Shown: positions 44,616 to 55,083 of the stretch, one piece after another | How the letters are laid out: every line of letters begins with the position of its first letter | Numbering within the stretch: position 1 is the first letter of the stretch | Assembly (NCBI GenBank): GCA_964577935.1 | Contig: CAZOAJ010000002.1 | Span: 92,598 to 156,597, forward strand | Reading direction: 5' to 3' | Origin: an uncultured bacterium | Lineage (GTDB): Bacteria; Chlamydiota; Chlamydiia; Chlamydiales; FEN-1388 | Length of the DNA: 64,000 nt | The notes under the pieces: generated by a model | What the model was told of the DNA's origin: nothing | The model's input: only the letters and a program-made list of their open reading frames with translations | Databases searched by the model: none | Translations under genes and position numbers: made by a program

Positions 44616-45005
44616 GTGCTGACACATGATGAATTAGAATTAGCTTGCGAATGTGGACAAGATGTTCCCTTTTCTTTAGCAGATATTTCTGAAAACAAGA
44701 CGATTGTTGCGTGCCCCAGCTGCGGTAAGAAATATGGGTTTCAAGAAGGCCCGCTCACCAAAAAAATTAAACTCTTTACAGACCTCTGCAAAACCATTCG
44801 AGAAAGTGAAGAAATACTTGGTGATACAAATGTTGCCGTCGATGTTGGCCCTCATCAAGCCAAGGTTCCCTTTAAACTCTTGTTAACAAGATTGCGCTCA
44901 ACTCTTGATTTGAAAATAGGAGACCGTACGCTTGTAATCTCCTATAGAACTGAGCCATCCCTTGTTGCTAAAGCATTAGAAACAAAGAAAAAAGGCTTAC
45001 GCTAA
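44616..45005 (+). CDS. small zinc-ribbon hypothetical protein
   Basis: GTG start with a GAGGGA Shine-Dalgarno sequence about 7 nt upstream. CECG...CPSCG four-Cys ribbon. 129 aa, directly upstream of tal. Confidence 0.5.
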   Translation: MLTHDELELACECGQDVPFSLADISENKTIVACPSCGKKYGFQEGPLTKKIKLFTDLCKTIRESEEILGDTNVAVDVGPHQAKVPFKLLLTRLRSTLDLKIGDRTLVISYRTEPSLVAKALETKKKGLR

Positions 45006-45019
45006 AAGGATTGTAACCT

Positions 45020-45976
45020 ATGGCAACAAATCAGCTTGATGCTCTTAAAGAATACACCGTGGTTGTTGCGGACACAGGTGATTTTGAATCAATACGCAAT
45101 TTTCACCCCCGGGATGCCACAACAAACCCAAGTTTGATACTACAAGCAAGCCAGAAGCCTGAATATCAACACCTCATAGATAAGGCGATAAAAGATACAG
45201 CTCACATCACCGAAAATAGAATGAATCAGTTGATTGATCAGCTCTTCGTTTTATTTGGCTTAGAAATTTTAAAAATTATACCTGGCCGCGTATCTACTGA
45301 AGTTGATGCTAAGCTCTCATTTGATGTCCAAGGAAGCATCGAGCGAGCACGAAGCCTCATTAAACTTTATGAAAAAGCAGGTGTTCCTCGTGAACGAATC
45401 CTTATTAAGCTTGCCTCAACCTGGGAAGGAATTCGCGCTGCAGAGATCTTAGAACTCGAAGGGATCCATTGCAATATGACCCTTCTCTTTAGCCTGCCTC
45501 AGGCTATTGCCTGTACTGAAGCACGAGCGACACTTGTTTCTCCTTTTGTAGGACGAATTTTAGACTGGTTTAAAAAGCAATATAACATCTTAAACTATCC
45601 TCCGGAAGAAGATCCTGGCGTAAAATCAGTTGCAAGCATCTACAACTACTTCAAGAAATTTGGTTACAAAACAGAGATCATGGGAGCGAGCTTCCGAAAC
45701 AAAGATCAGATCACTGAACTTGCAGGCTGCGACCTCCTCACGATTTCCCCAAAATTACTTGAAGAGCTTAAAAACTCAACTGCACCTCTGCCAAGAAAGC
45801 TTACTGTCGATGAAGCGAAGAAATCCGATATCGATAAAATGATTATTGATGAAAAAGCTTTCCGATATCTTCTCAATGAAGATGCTATGGCAACGGAAAA
45901 GTTGGCTGAGGGCATTCGATTATTCTCACAAGATCTGAACAAGCTCACTCAAGAAATTCAGAAACGAATAAAATAA
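45020..45976 (+). CDS. tal: transaldolase (TalB type)
   Basis: [28 protein letters not shown] (Schiff-base Lys), [10 protein letters not shown]. 318 aa. Confidence 0.95.
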   Translation: MATNQLDALKEYTVVVADTGDFESIRNFHPRDATTNPSLILQASQKPEYQHLIDKAIKDTAHITENRMNQLIDQLFVLFGLEILKIIPGRVSTEVDAKLSFDVQGSIERARSLIKLYEKAGVPRERILIKLASTWEGIRAAEILELEGIHCNMTLLFSLPQAIACTEARATLVSPFVGRILDWFKKQYNILNYPPEEDPGVKSVASIYNYFKKFGYKTEIMGASFRNKDQITELAGCDLLTISPKLLEELKNSTAPLPRKLTVDEAKKSDIDKMIIDEKAFRYLLNEDAMATEKLAEGIRLFSQDLNKLTQEIQKRIK

Positions 45977-46052
45977 GATATAAGATATTCATCACTACGG
46001 CAGGAATCACGCGAAAGCGCATTCCTGCCTTCTCTTAAAAAGAACTACCGAC

Positions 46053-48194
46053 TCAGGCTCTTTTTCTTGATGGGTATTTAACCCGAAAATGCCCAATAGT
46101 GAGAAGGGCTGCAATCATAGCATGCTTGACTCGCGTAAGCTCCTCAAAGGTAAGCAAACATTCATCAAACTGACCATCATCTAATCGTTCTCTAATAATT
46201 TGATCAATGAGTTTCAGGAGTGTCGTTTTATTAACTTCTTCTAACGAACGCGACGCAGCCTCAAAAGCATCAGCAATCATTATAATGACACACTCTTTAC
46301 TCTTAGGCTTTGGCCCTGAATAACGAAAAAGCCGTTCTTCCGTAGGAGGTATTCCGCCCTGAGCAACGAGTTCTTGTTGTTTGTGAAAGAAATAATAGAC
46401 CAAAGAAGTTCCGTGATGCTCTTTTATAACATCAATAAAGGGTTCTGGAAGGCCAGCCTTACGTGCTAAAGCAACGCCTTCGCTTATATGAGACATAATT
46501 ACTTTAGCTGATTCAACGGGAGTTAAGAGCTGATGAATATTAACCCCTTGTTGCTGATTCTCTGTAAAATATTGAGCTATAGAAACTTTTCCAATGTCAT
46601 GATAGAGAGACGCTACGCGACAAAACAGGCCATTAGCACCGATAGCTTGAGCCCCAGCCTCGGCAATTGTCCCCATAATCAAAGAGTGCTGGTAGGTTCC
46701 CGGAGCTTCGATCATGAGCCTTCTCAGCAACTCCTGATTTGGATCCATGTACTCCATAAGATTGATATCGGTCAGGATGTTAAAGCATGTTTCAAAGATA
46801 GGAAGAAGTCCTACAACAAGCACAGCCGTCATAAGCAAAAAGAGGCCCGAGCTGCCAATATCAGATAGAAGCCACACTCCCAATTTCGATTTATCATAGA
46901 GGTAGAGAGAAAAGATGAGAGCAACAGCCATGACCCACCCCTTCATGCAAACAGCTACAACTTCAGATCGTTTTCTAAAGCTTTTTGTAGCTAAAATCAT
47001 GAACATAGTCACGATGACATTCACCAAAAGAAATCCTTGGCGTTCAAATGCAAGCGTTGTATCCAAAAGGGTTGCGAAAAGCGCTGTCGTAAAAATAGCA
47101 AGCCCCGGCTGCAAGAGAGCTGCAACTAAAATACCGACAAAGGGCGCAAGAAGTGGGTAATGGACCAAGTCAACGAGGTTATGCGAGGTCTTTAGAAGGA
47201 AAAACTCGGTGATTTTTGAAAAAAGAAGCCCCATCACAATTGTTGATGTAAACAAAAGAAGCTTCCGATTGCTTTTCCACACATCCGTAGCAAAAGACCA
47301 AAGGTATAACCCTCCGGTCAACAACAGGATGCATGTAATAAAAAGACTTCCTAAAATCGTTCGTGGCTGGAATAGATTACGTTTATCGGTCAAGGCCTGC
47401 TTCATGGATTGAAGCATGGCGATATGGCGGGCCGTAACGCGCTCACCTTGATCAATGATTCTGCTTCCGACACTGACTTGTGTGTATTTTTCAGGTGTTT
47501 TTTCTTGAAGGACTTTTCTGATTTTCCGCGCCGTCGGATGATCTTCTTTGAGCAGCCATATTTTTTGTTTGAAAAAGTCGATTACGTAGTCAACAGTTGC
47601 GCCTTGATAGACTTGCTGAAAAAAAGCACGGTCACGAATCTGGAGCCAAAGCTTTTCAGGGATATAAATTCCATTTGAAATATCGACAGCAGGAAGCTCT
47701 AGCATAAGATGCGTGTCCATACTGAGCTGTTTCATTTTTTCAATTGTTCTGAGGTCCGCAAATCGGACTTCTAAAAGAGTTCTTTCAAGCAGTTCAACAG
47801 CGCGGCACATTTCATCAAAAGTGCTTTGCTTTGCCTCCTGTCGCCACGCTTGCTCATAAATCAATGAATTCTCAAATTCTACACGGCGTTTGACGATATC
47901 ATCTGCATCCAAAGCATATATGCGTCCTATATCAAGCAGAGCTTCCTGTCTCATAATAGCCGTAGCTTCTTCATCAACAAAAGCAAAGGGTATTTCGGAC
48001 ACAACATAATTAGGAGCTGCCGTTCCAAGCTCAAGTGTAACGGTACGAACTTCCCGTATATGAATAAAAAGGAATAAAGCTATCGCGAGCAAGGCAATAA
48101 TGGCATATCGTATCGAGTGGCTGGTATCAAAAAAACTTGTTTCACGAACTGAAGTTGAAACCTCAATTGGTTCATCTTCTCGCGTTTCCGGCAT
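46053..48194 (-). CDS. pgpH: 7TM-receptor HD-domain phosphohydrolase (PgpH/YqfF family, cyclic-di-AMP phosphodiesterase type)
   Basis: Extracytoplasmic N-terminal domain, 7 TM helices, and a C-terminal HD/HDIG domain (HSLIMGTIAE...LYHDIGK...EHHGTS). Confidence 0.88.
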   Translation of the reverse strand: MPETREDEPIEVSTSVRETSFFDTSHSIRYAIIALLAIALFLFIHIREVRTVTLELGTAAPNYVVSEIPFAFVDEEATAIMRQEALLDIGRIYALDADDIVKRRVEFENSLIYEQAWRQEAKQSTFDEMCRAVELLERTLLEVRFADLRTIEKMKQLSMDTHLMLELPAVDISNGIYIPEKLWLQIRDRAFFQQVYQGATVDYVIDFFKQKIWLLKEDHPTARKIRKVLQEKTPEKYTQVSVGSRIIDQGERVTARHIAMLQSMKQALTDKRNLFQPRTILGSLFITCILLLTGGLYLWSFATDVWKSNRKLLLFTSTIVMGLLFSKITEFFLLKTSHNLVDLVHYPLLAPFVGILVAALLQPGLAIFTTALFATLLDTTLAFERQGFLLVNVIVTMFMILATKSFRKRSEVVAVCMKGWVMAVALIFSLYLYDKSKLGVWLLSDIGSSGLFLLMTAVLVVGLLPIFETCFNILTDINLMEYMDPNQELLRRLMIEAPGTYQHSLIMGTIAEAGAQAIGANGLFCRVASLYHDIGKVSIAQYFTENQQQGVNIHQLLTPVESAKVIMSHISEGVALARKAGLPEPFIDVIKEHHGTSLVYYFFHKQQELVAQGGIPPTEERLFRYSGPKPKSKECVIIMIADAFEAASRSLEEVNKTTLLKLIDQIIRERLDDGQFDECLLTFEELTRVKHAMIAALLTIGHFRVKYPSRKRA

Positions 48195-48445
48195 ACATTT
48201 CCTACTTACTCAAAAACATTGAAATATGAGTTATCAGAGCAAAGCCTCAATCTAAAGCAAGCTCCCCCATAAATGTAACAAAAAAATATTCTTACACAAG
48301 GAACTCGGATCAGCAAGTATACATAGTGACCTATTTCTAAATTCAGCATACATAACATCTATTAATCAGGAATTGCATTTGCTGGCCAGATTCCTGACTT
48401 TTAAGTAGTATGGTCAGTAGATTATTCACATGAGCTGAGATTTTA

Positions 48446-50050
48446 ATGACCACGAATGACGGCAAAGAATCGACTTTTCAAGCCTCTTCAAGACGGTTTC
48501 GACCCAAATGTTTTAGCGATGTAATCGGTCAGCAGGCATGCGTTCGCACCCTGATCAACGCTTTACGAAAAAATCGACTTGCTCATGCTTACCTCTTTTC
48601 TGGTCCAAGAGGAACAGGAAAAACTACACTGGCAAGACTTTTTGCCAAAGCAATTAACTGTACAAGCCTTTCTCCTGAAGGTGAGCCGTGCAATCAATGC
48701 CGCTCATGTAAAGAGATTACCCAAGGAACATCTCTTGATGTGATAGAAATTGATGGAGCGTCTCATCGTGGAATTGACGACATCAGATCAATAACTGAAT
48801 CAGTTGGATATAGCCCGTCATCCGGCAAATTTAAAATCTACATCATCGATGAAGTCCACATGCTCACAAAAGAGGCTTTTAACGCTCTGTTAAAAACTCT
48901 GGAAGAGCCGCCTTCAACTGCAAAATTTTTCTTTGCAACAACTGAACCTCATAAAATACCGCAAACAATACTAAGCCGTTGCCAAAGATATAATGTACAG
49001 CGCCTGAGTAAAAATCAGATAACATCAAAACTTTTGTCTATTGCATCCGAGCTTGGCGTTCTTATTGACGACAAGGCCCTTCTTCGTCTCTCTGAATATG
49101 CAGAAGGAGGTCTACGTGATGCCGAATCCCTCTTTGACCAACTTATTGCCTTTGCCGATGAAAAAATAACAGAGGAAATGGTTGAAGAGGTTTTAGGACT
49201 TGTCCCTTTCTCTCTTTTTTCAAAGTTGGATATTGCCTACAGAGAGCATGATCTGCGAACCGCCATCGACATAAGCACCGCAATTTTTACTTCAGGAAAA
49301 GATATAGCTTATTTCTTAGATGATCTCACAAACCATTACCGCTACCTCCTCTACTTTCTTATTGGCTCACAGGACCTCTTAAAAGACCTCCCTGATGAAT
49401 ATAAAGCACATCTTAAAAAAAGCGCTTCATGGTATAATCAGGAGTCATGTCTTTCGATTCTTGACTTGATTATAAAAGCACATGAGACCCTCAAAGGACC
49501 AACTCTTGCTCGATATGCCTTAGAAGCTCTTCTACTCGATATTATCCAGATTCGCTTGAAAGTACCTCATGCTGCACTGACGCAAGCCCTTATCCAGCTA
49601 AAATCTCAAATAGATGGCCTGATTCAGGAAAACAACAATTCCCAGGCAGTGGAACCAGAGCCTTCTTCCATAAATTCTGAAAAGAATAAGGGTATTTTTC
49701 TTAGCCAAAAAAATGAAGAAAGTCTTGAGTCTGAAGCTCAGGAAGTTAAACATGAACAGGCTGACAACCAAATAAAGACGGACGAGCCAAAGCTTGTTCA
49801 AAGAGCCCCTGCTCAAGAACCCCTCATTCAAGCAAGTCCTATTACCACGCCTGCAGAAAAGAAGATTGAATCCAAAAGAAAGGAACCATCACAACCCAAA
49901 GCTTCTCCTCAATTAGGCACTCAATCCTCTATTCAAGATATCGAAAACCTCTCAGAATCGAAACAAAGAATTCGGGAAGAAAATTTGATGCAGTTCTCTT
50001 CAATTGAACTTGAAGGGCAGTTAATCAAACCTCAAACTAAACAACCTTAA
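48446..50050 (+). CDS. dnaX: DNA polymerase III subunit gamma/tau
   Basis: RPKCFSDVIGQ, HAYLFSGPRGTGKTT (Walker A), zinc module CNQCRSC, IIDEVHML, SRCQRY sensor. Low-complexity C-terminal extension. Confidence 0.95.
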   Translation: MTTNDGKESTFQASSRRFRPKCFSDVIGQQACVRTLINALRKNRLAHAYLFSGPRGTGKTTLARLFAKAINCTSLSPEGEPCNQCRSCKEITQGTSLDVIEIDGASHRGIDDIRSITESVGYSPSSGKFKIYIIDEVHMLTKEAFNALLKTLEEPPSTAKFFFATTEPHKIPQTILSRCQRYNVQRLSKNQITSKLLSIASELGVLIDDKALLRLSEYAEGGLRDAESLFDQLIAFADEKITEEMVEEVLGLVPFSLFSKLDIAYREHDLRTAIDISTAIFTSGKDIAYFLDDLTNHYRYLLYFLIGSQDLLKDLPDEYKAHLKKSASWYNQESCLSILDLIIKAHETLKGPTLARYALEALLLDIIQIRLKVPHAALTQALIQLKSQIDGLIQENNNSQAVEPEPSSINSEKNKGIFLSQKNEESLESEAQEVKHEQADNQIKTDEPKLVQRAPAQEPLIQASPITTPAEKKIESKRKEPSQPKASPQLGTQSSIQDIENLSESKQRIREENLMQFSSIELEGQLIKPQTKQP

Positions 50051-50072
50051 AACCAATTTAAGAAAGAAGACT

Positions 50073-50390
50073 ATGGGATCAGGATTTTTAAAAAAGAAAA
50101 AAGACGCTAAGAACCTTCAAAGTCAAATGATGCAACTTCAAAAATCACTCTCGGACCGTCTTGAGGATTTTGAAGCTATTGGCACAGCAGGAAATAACCT
50201 TGTCTCTGTTGTTTTAACAGGAAACGGTGAGCTGAAAAAAATCTCTATTAACCCGGAATGTGTTGATAAAGATGATATTGAAGGCCTTGAGACACTTATC
50301 AAAGCCGCTCATAAAGAAGCTATGATCAAAGTGCAAGAAGTGGCAGCATCAACTCCAGGTTTTGATTCATTGGCCGGACTTGGTTTCTAA
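50073..50390 (+). CDS. ybaB: YbaB/EbfC-family nucleoid-associated protein
   Basis: 105 aa directly after dnaX (the conserved dnaX-ybaB pairing), with a typical family profile (GTAGNNLVSVVLTGNGELKKISINPE). Confidence 0.9.
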   Translation: MGSGFLKKKKDAKNLQSQMMQLQKSLSDRLEDFEAIGTAGNNLVSVVLTGNGELKKISINPECVDKDDIEGLETLIKAAHKEAMIKVQEVAASTPGFDSLAGLGF

Positions 50391-50404
50391 CGACTAAACA
50401 TAGG

Positions 50405-50427
50405 AGCGCAACTATTAATGTTGCGCT
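50405..50427. terminator. short hairpin between convergent ybaB and ykgJ-like genes
   Basis: AGCGCAAC (50405..50412) pairs with GTTGCGCT (50420..50427), 7-nt loop. There is no clear U-tract, so support is weak. Confidence 0.3.
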
Positions 50428-50429
50428 TC

Positions 50430-50954
50430 CTACGAATTCAGCTTACGTTGAATCTCTTCAAAAGAAACAAGAGCTGAATCGTCACCTGATGCATCGACTT
50501 GAATTCCCTCACAGTATTTGGCAGCTTCTTTCCAAGATTCAGGTGTTGAAAGATTATGCTGCCACCAGGGGAAAGTTCTACACTGCTTGGGTCTAACGGG
50601 GTAGATTGAACAGCGCTTATCTTTAAGAAAAACGCAATCAAAATTCTTCTTCATTTCAACAAGAGCTTTACGTCCATAAGCAATTCGCACAAAGCGGCGT
50701 TGAAAAAGAATTGGATCCATGTCTAGGAAGTCTGCCATAGACTCAATTTCTTCATCGGTAACCCATACATATCCGGGTGAACCTGTGCAGCAAGCTCCGC
50801 ACTCAGTACAAGAAAATCGAAGTCCTGCCTGATACCATACTTTATCTTCTGCAGACACACCTTCTGTAACCGAGCATAAATGCATTTGTGTGGTTTTAGC
50901 GCAATCCTCTTGGAAACCCTCTATTTGGACGCTCTCTATTTCTTGATCATTCAC
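50430..50954 (-). CDS. YkgJ-family cysteine-cluster (CxxCxxCC) protein
   Basis: FSCTECGACCTG motif plus a second Cys cluster (CVFLKDKRCSIYPVRPKQCRTFPWW). Confidence 0.8.
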   Translation of the reverse strand: MNDQEIESVQIEGFQEDCAKTTQMHLCSVTEGVSAEDKVWYQAGLRFSCTECGACCTGSPGYVWVTDEEIESMADFLDMDPILFQRRFVRIAYGRKALVEMKKNFDCVFLKDKRCSIYPVRPKQCRTFPWWQHNLSTPESWKEAAKYCEGIQVDASGDDSALVSFEEIQRKLNS

Positions 50955-51075
50955 GTAATCGTTTACCTAAACATTCATGGGTTGAGATTATGTTTGAAAG
51001 AAAAGTATACTTTTTAATGAACTTAAAGATCTTTATATTTCTAATCACTTGCCGCCTAACCTTTAGGGACTCTAG

Positions 51076-52482
51076 ATGGATAAATCTCTGATTGACAAAT
51101 CTTTTGACAAACCCCGAGAACACTGGAGCTCGCGCTTAGGATTTATTATGGCAGCAGCAGGTTCAGCTATTGGACTTGGCACACTTTGGAAGTTTCCTTA
51201 TGTCGCAGGAGAAAATGGAGGCAGCGCCTTCATCTCGATATATATTCTCTGCACAGTTCTGATTGGGATCCCTGTCTTTATTGCCGAACTGCTTTTGGGA
51301 CGTGCAGCGCAAAGAAGTGCTGTTACCACATTTTCTGTTCTAGATCGTCCTAATTCCCCTTGGAGAGTTGGTGGCTGGCTTGGAGTTGCGGCTTCATTTC
51401 TTATCATGTCTTTTTACAGCGTACTCGCTGGGTGGGGTCTAAATTATGCTTTCATGTCCTTAAATAAATTTTGGATTGGGAAAAGCTCTGATGAGATCTT
51501 GGAGACCTTTGATATCCTTCAAAAATCGGCCGATATCACCCTCTTTTGGCACGCGCTCTTTACTGCTTTGACTGTATCTGTTGTTTATCGAGGCATCAAA
51601 AACGGGATTGAGCATTGGAGTAAAATCATGACCTCATCTCTTTTGGTCCTGCTTTTGCTGCTTGTCGGATATAACACAACCCTTTCAGGACTTGATCAAG
51701 CTATCAATTTTATATTTTCACCTGATTTTAGCAAATTGAAAGCCTCATCTATTCTTGAAGCATTAGGACTCTCTTTCTTTACCTTGAGCTTAGGTCAAGG
51801 AATTATGATTACCTATGGCAGCTATATGAGGCGAAGTGAAGACATTCCAAAAACTGCATGCATTATTGCTTCCATGGTCTTGGTTGTCTCGCAGCTTTGC
51901 GCATTGGCGATCTTTCCAATTGTCTTTACCTTTGGTCTCCCTCCACAAGGTGGATCTGGGCTTGTTTTTAAGACACTCCCCTTACTTTTTTCAAAACTCC
52001 CCTGCGCGCAAATTTTTGCAACGCTCTTCTTTACGCTCTTTGTCTTTACAGCACTTACTTCAGCAATTGCTCTTGTTGAGGTAGTCGTTGCAACATTAAT
52101 GGACTTAACAGGAAAGCCCAGAAAAAAACTTGCTCTCTATGTCGGCTTAAGTTCTTTTGTTTTTGGAGTTCCTAGCGCACTCGCGCATACTAACATCCTC
52201 TTCGGCAACTGGAATTTGCTCTACGGAAAGAATTTCTTTACTACCATCGACACCCTTGTATCCGTGTGGTTACTTCCGGTTGGAGGGCTCCTCGTGTGTC
52301 TCTTTACAGGGTGGATCGCAAAGCCTGATTTCTTGAAGCATGAATTTGCCTCCGGAACAAAGATGCTCGTTTTTTATAAAGTGTGGAAGTTCTTTATTCG
52401 CTGGCTCTGTCCATTAGCTATCATTATGATCATTCTTCAACAAAGTGGCCTATTCAATATCGATCAGATATTTGCAAAATAA
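51076..52482 (+). CDS. sodium:neurotransmitter symporter (SNF/NSS) family transporter
   Basis: WSSRLGFIMAAAGSAIGLGTLWKFPYVAGENGGSAF N-terminal signature and about 11-12 TM helices. Confidence 0.93.
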   Translation: MDKSLIDKSFDKPREHWSSRLGFIMAAAGSAIGLGTLWKFPYVAGENGGSAFISIYILCTVLIGIPVFIAELLLGRAAQRSAVTTFSVLDRPNSPWRVGGWLGVAASFLIMSFYSVLAGWGLNYAFMSLNKFWIGKSSDEILETFDILQKSADITLFWHALFTALTVSVVYRGIKNGIEHWSKIMTSSLLVLLLLLVGYNTTLSGLDQAINFIFSPDFSKLKASSILEALGLSFFTLSLGQGIMITYGSYMRRSEDIPKTACIIASMVLVVSQLCALAIFPIVFTFGLPPQGGSGLVFKTLPLLFSKLPCAQIFATLFFTLFVFTALTSAIALVEVVVATLMDLTGKPRKKLALYVGLSSFVFGVPSALAHTNILFGNWNLLYGKNFFTTIDTLVSVWLLPVGGLLVCLFTGWIAKPDFLKHEFASGTKMLVFYKVWKFFIRWLCPLAIIMIILQQSGLFNIDQIFAK

Positions 52483-52622
52483 CGTCCGCCCCATCGAAAA
52501 ATGAATATCAAACCCTCTCAGATCATCGCCAGGAACGAGGGGGTTAAATTTTATGCACTCACCTCTTGCCGAACTACTGGATTCCTGATATAGTCCTCAG
52601 CAACTTCCTATCCAACTCATAT

Positions 52623-52705
52623 GCTCGGGTGGTGAAATGGTAGACACTGGGGACTTAAAATCCCCTGGGAGCGATCCCGTGCCGGTTCGAGTCCGGCCTC
52701 GAGCA
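52623..52705 (+). tRNA. tRNA-Leu (anticodon UAA), class II with long variable arm, CCA not encoded
   Basis: Manually folded. Acceptor GCTCGGG/CTCGAGC (one G-U pair). Anticodon stem GGGGA/TCCCC with loop CT-TAA-AA. Variable arm TGGGAGCGATCCCGTG. T-arm GCCGG-TTCGAGT-CCGGC. Discriminator A. Confidence 0.9.
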
Positions 52706-52970
52706 TTCTATTATTTTATATCTCAGATCATTCACGTACGCCTGTTATCTCTATTCTTCTAAAGAACGTTGATTTCATTTTAATTGCTCATAGATCCACA
52801 TGGTAGTTTAAGCAAACAATTCGTGATCGCAAAAGCCCCTAAGGGAAATGTTTAGGACTAAAGAAATAACCCAGGGCAAGGCTCCGGAATCGTATATCTT
52901 CTACTATCTTGACCAAAAGTCTCTGCAACTCCTAGTGTCCACGGCCAGGACCATTTCAAACAGGTAAAAT

Positions 52971-53840
52971 ATGCCAATAATTTCCAATAAGATGAATTTA
53001 GCCCAAACGCTTCAAAAAGAACTACCCCCATTAATCCATGCACCGCATGATGAAAAAACTGGAACTTCACAGATGAATGAGGGGAACCACTTTGGATGGG
53101 TCGTTCAATTCAATCGAATGTTAAAAATTGAAAAATTATATTTAAATGATTCCAATCTGAATCTTGGACCAAAAATTATTTCTAAAATAGAGAATGTCTT
53201 TTATGCATTCATAAAGTCTATGACCTCTCTTGGATTTGACGTTAATAAAAACCTTGTATGGCAAGGCTATAAACCTTTGCATAACGCTGTATTAAATAAC
53301 TGTAAAGTGGTGGCAAATTGTTTAATTCGATTAGGCGCAGCAATAGATGATGACAACGGATCACGACAAACACCTCTTTATCTTGCAGCATGGAATAGTC
53401 AGCACGACATGGTAGATCTCCTCATAAAGAAAGGAGCAAACGTAAAAAAGGAAAATAATGCACTTTTAAGTTGTGACACACTCGCTTTACATATTGCAAC
53501 TTGCCCGAAAGTAATCCAGTCTCTCGTCTCAGCAGGCACCTCTGTCAACGCAACATCCAAAGACCTCTTACAGTATACAGCTCTTCATTGGGCAGCCCAT
53601 TGTGCCCGACCAGATGCAGTTGAAACGTTATTGAAGCTTGGCAGTATAGATATCAGAGACCAGGGAGGTCTGACAGCTTTGGATGTTGCTAAAAAAATAC
53701 AAAGCGGTGATTACAGCGTAATGATGGATGGTAAAGAGAACCCAGATGCTAAGACCGTTCAAAGTCGAATTGTTAAAACAATTGAACTTCTTGAGAGTCA
53801 TCATAAATCATACCCATCTCAAACTCAAAGCCTCAAGTAG
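52971..53840 (+). CDS. ankyrin-repeat protein (eukaryote-like, effector candidate)
   Basis: At least 4-5 ANK units (GYKPLHNAVLNNCKVVANCLIRLGAAID, QTPLYLAAWNSQHDMVDLLIKKGANV, YTALHWAAHCARPDAVETLLKLG, GLTALDVA). No signal peptide. Confidence 0.9.
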   Translation: MPIISNKMNLAQTLQKELPPLIHAPHDEKTGTSQMNEGNHFGWVVQFNRMLKIEKLYLNDSNLNLGPKIISKIENVFYAFIKSMTSLGFDVNKNLVWQGYKPLHNAVLNNCKVVANCLIRLGAAIDDDNGSRQTPLYLAAWNSQHDMVDLLIKKGANVKKENNALLSCDTLALHIATCPKVIQSLVSAGTSVNATSKDLLQYTALHWAAHCARPDAVETLLKLGSIDIRDQGGLTALDVAKKIQSGDYSVMMDGKENPDAKTVQSRIVKTIELLESHHKSYPSQTQSLK

Positions 53841-53862
53841 CGGCTGATGCAATGAAGTATCC

Positions 53863-53898
53863 CTAACTCCTGTAGCTTCACTAGAGGGGTTAGTTTTT
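53863..53898 (+). terminator. rho-independent terminator after the ankyrin gene
   Basis: Stem CTAACTCCT.GTAG / CTAC..AGGGGTTAG (53863..53893, one G-U pair and one mismatch, 5-nt loop) followed by TTTTT (53894..53898). Confidence 0.75.
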
Positions 53899-54015
53899 AC
53901 ATAAACCATCCTGATAAGGCAGTTTGAGTGCTGAAAAAAATCATAGCCATATTCAAACGATAAATAACCAACATAGCTTGATCTGCTTCAACTCATCGTA
54001 TGATATGAGCAAATC

Positions 54016-54759
54016 TTATCTGATTTGAAACCTTCCTATTGAAATTGGATAGATAGTACAACTCTTAAATTTAGCATTAGGACCTACACTCCACGTATAG
54101 CCCACGACATGCCCATTCCTATCCGTATAAAGTCGAATAACACCTCTGCCAACGCCATGCCGAAACTGAGCACGACCATCTTTATGCCCTATATAGCGCG
54201 TATCATCCGTGCCATGTCCAGATCCAGTGCAGTCGATGATTCTCACAGCCCATTGATGAGTTCCTTCAATGAGCGGAGGCGTATTCTCTCGAAGTTTTGG
54301 GAAATCGTCTATCATCATCATATGACCATTAGCTTTCGAACCTAGAGGAAATGCAACACCAATAATATCACCTGGAATGACATCCTGGATGATGGAAACT
54401 GTCTTAAAGCCTCGACCACTTGCAATATCTTGTTCCATGAAACGAGCGGTTGGACGCTCTTTTCCAATTAACTGACCAAATTGATAGGGCCTTAAGCAAT
54501 ATGAATACATAAGAAGGGAATCAATAAATCCGACGCAATCACTATGACAGATATACCTTCCTGATCCATCGCGATTTTTCCAGCGAACTACTCGATGCCT
54601 GAGGCTATAGCTATTATCTGAGGGTTGAATTCCTTTGACAAGACGCCGAGCATCAATCACATGTGGAGCAGGCCTAAGGGTGTCAGCAAAAGAAGAAGAT
54701 AAAGATGCCACAAGAAAAATACACAATAGACATCTTATCCGATAAGTTATCTTGGGCAT
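54016..54759 (-). CDS. secreted hypothetical protein, possibly an NlpC/P60- or CHAP-like papain-fold cysteine peptidase
   Basis: Signal peptide (LLCIFLVASLSSSFA). HSDCVGFIDSLL (candidate nucleophile Cys) and PGDIIGVAF......NGHMMMI (candidate His) have the spacing seen in NlpC/P60 enzymes. Tentative. Confidence 0.4.
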   Translation of the reverse strand: MPKITYRIRCLLCIFLVASLSSSFADTLRPAPHVIDARRLVKGIQPSDNSYSLRHRVVRWKNRDGSGRYICHSDCVGFIDSLLMYSYCLRPYQFGQLIGKERPTARFMEQDIASGRGFKTVSIIQDVIPGDIIGVAFPLGSKANGHMMMIDDFPKLRENTPPLIEGTHQWAVRIIDCTGSGHGTDDTRYIGHKDGRAQFRHGVGRGVIRLYTDRNGHVVGYTWSVGPNAKFKSCTIYPISIGRFQIR

Positions 54760-55083
54760 AAATTTACCCTCAGATGTGTGGTTTTTTTAAGGAACCCATA
54801 TCTAACTCCATGAATAAATGTATGCAAGAAATTTATTCAAAAAAGTAATTGATATAAATAACTCACCAACTCGTTATTCGATTTTGTTATATATTATTGA
54901 AATAGATTAGACTCGAAATCCCTTGGACCAATCCGATCCCCGTGCAAATCCAACACAGAAAAGTATTGACACCCACTTGCCCTCATGAGCCCTAGGAGTG
55001 ACAAAATACTATCCATAAAGCCCTCCAGCGTGTAATCATAATTATTTCAATCATTTTTATTAGTTTTATATCTTTATTGTTTT

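Noticed and set aside
48195-48445. Possible SRP (4.5S) RNA or other small RNA upstream of dnaX, suggested by the common ffs-dnaX linkage and by a hairpin TCAGGAAT-N16-ATTCCTGA (48366..48397) followed by CTTTT
   Set aside because: The conserved SRP domain IV sequence (GGAA tetraloop flanked by AGCAG and related motifs) is not present. The hairpin alone, with a weak U-tract, is insufficient evidence. It may simply be a leader structure of dnaX.
49415-49421. A7 run in dnaX as a possible programmed -1 frameshift or transcriptional slippage site producing a gamma subunit (the -1 frame hits TAA after 5 codons)
   Set aside because: The heptamer in the zero frame is U_AAA_AAA rather than a canonical X_XXY_YYZ. 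The run is shorter than known transcriptional-slippage tracts. Truncation at about aa 325 would cut inside clamp-loader domain III.
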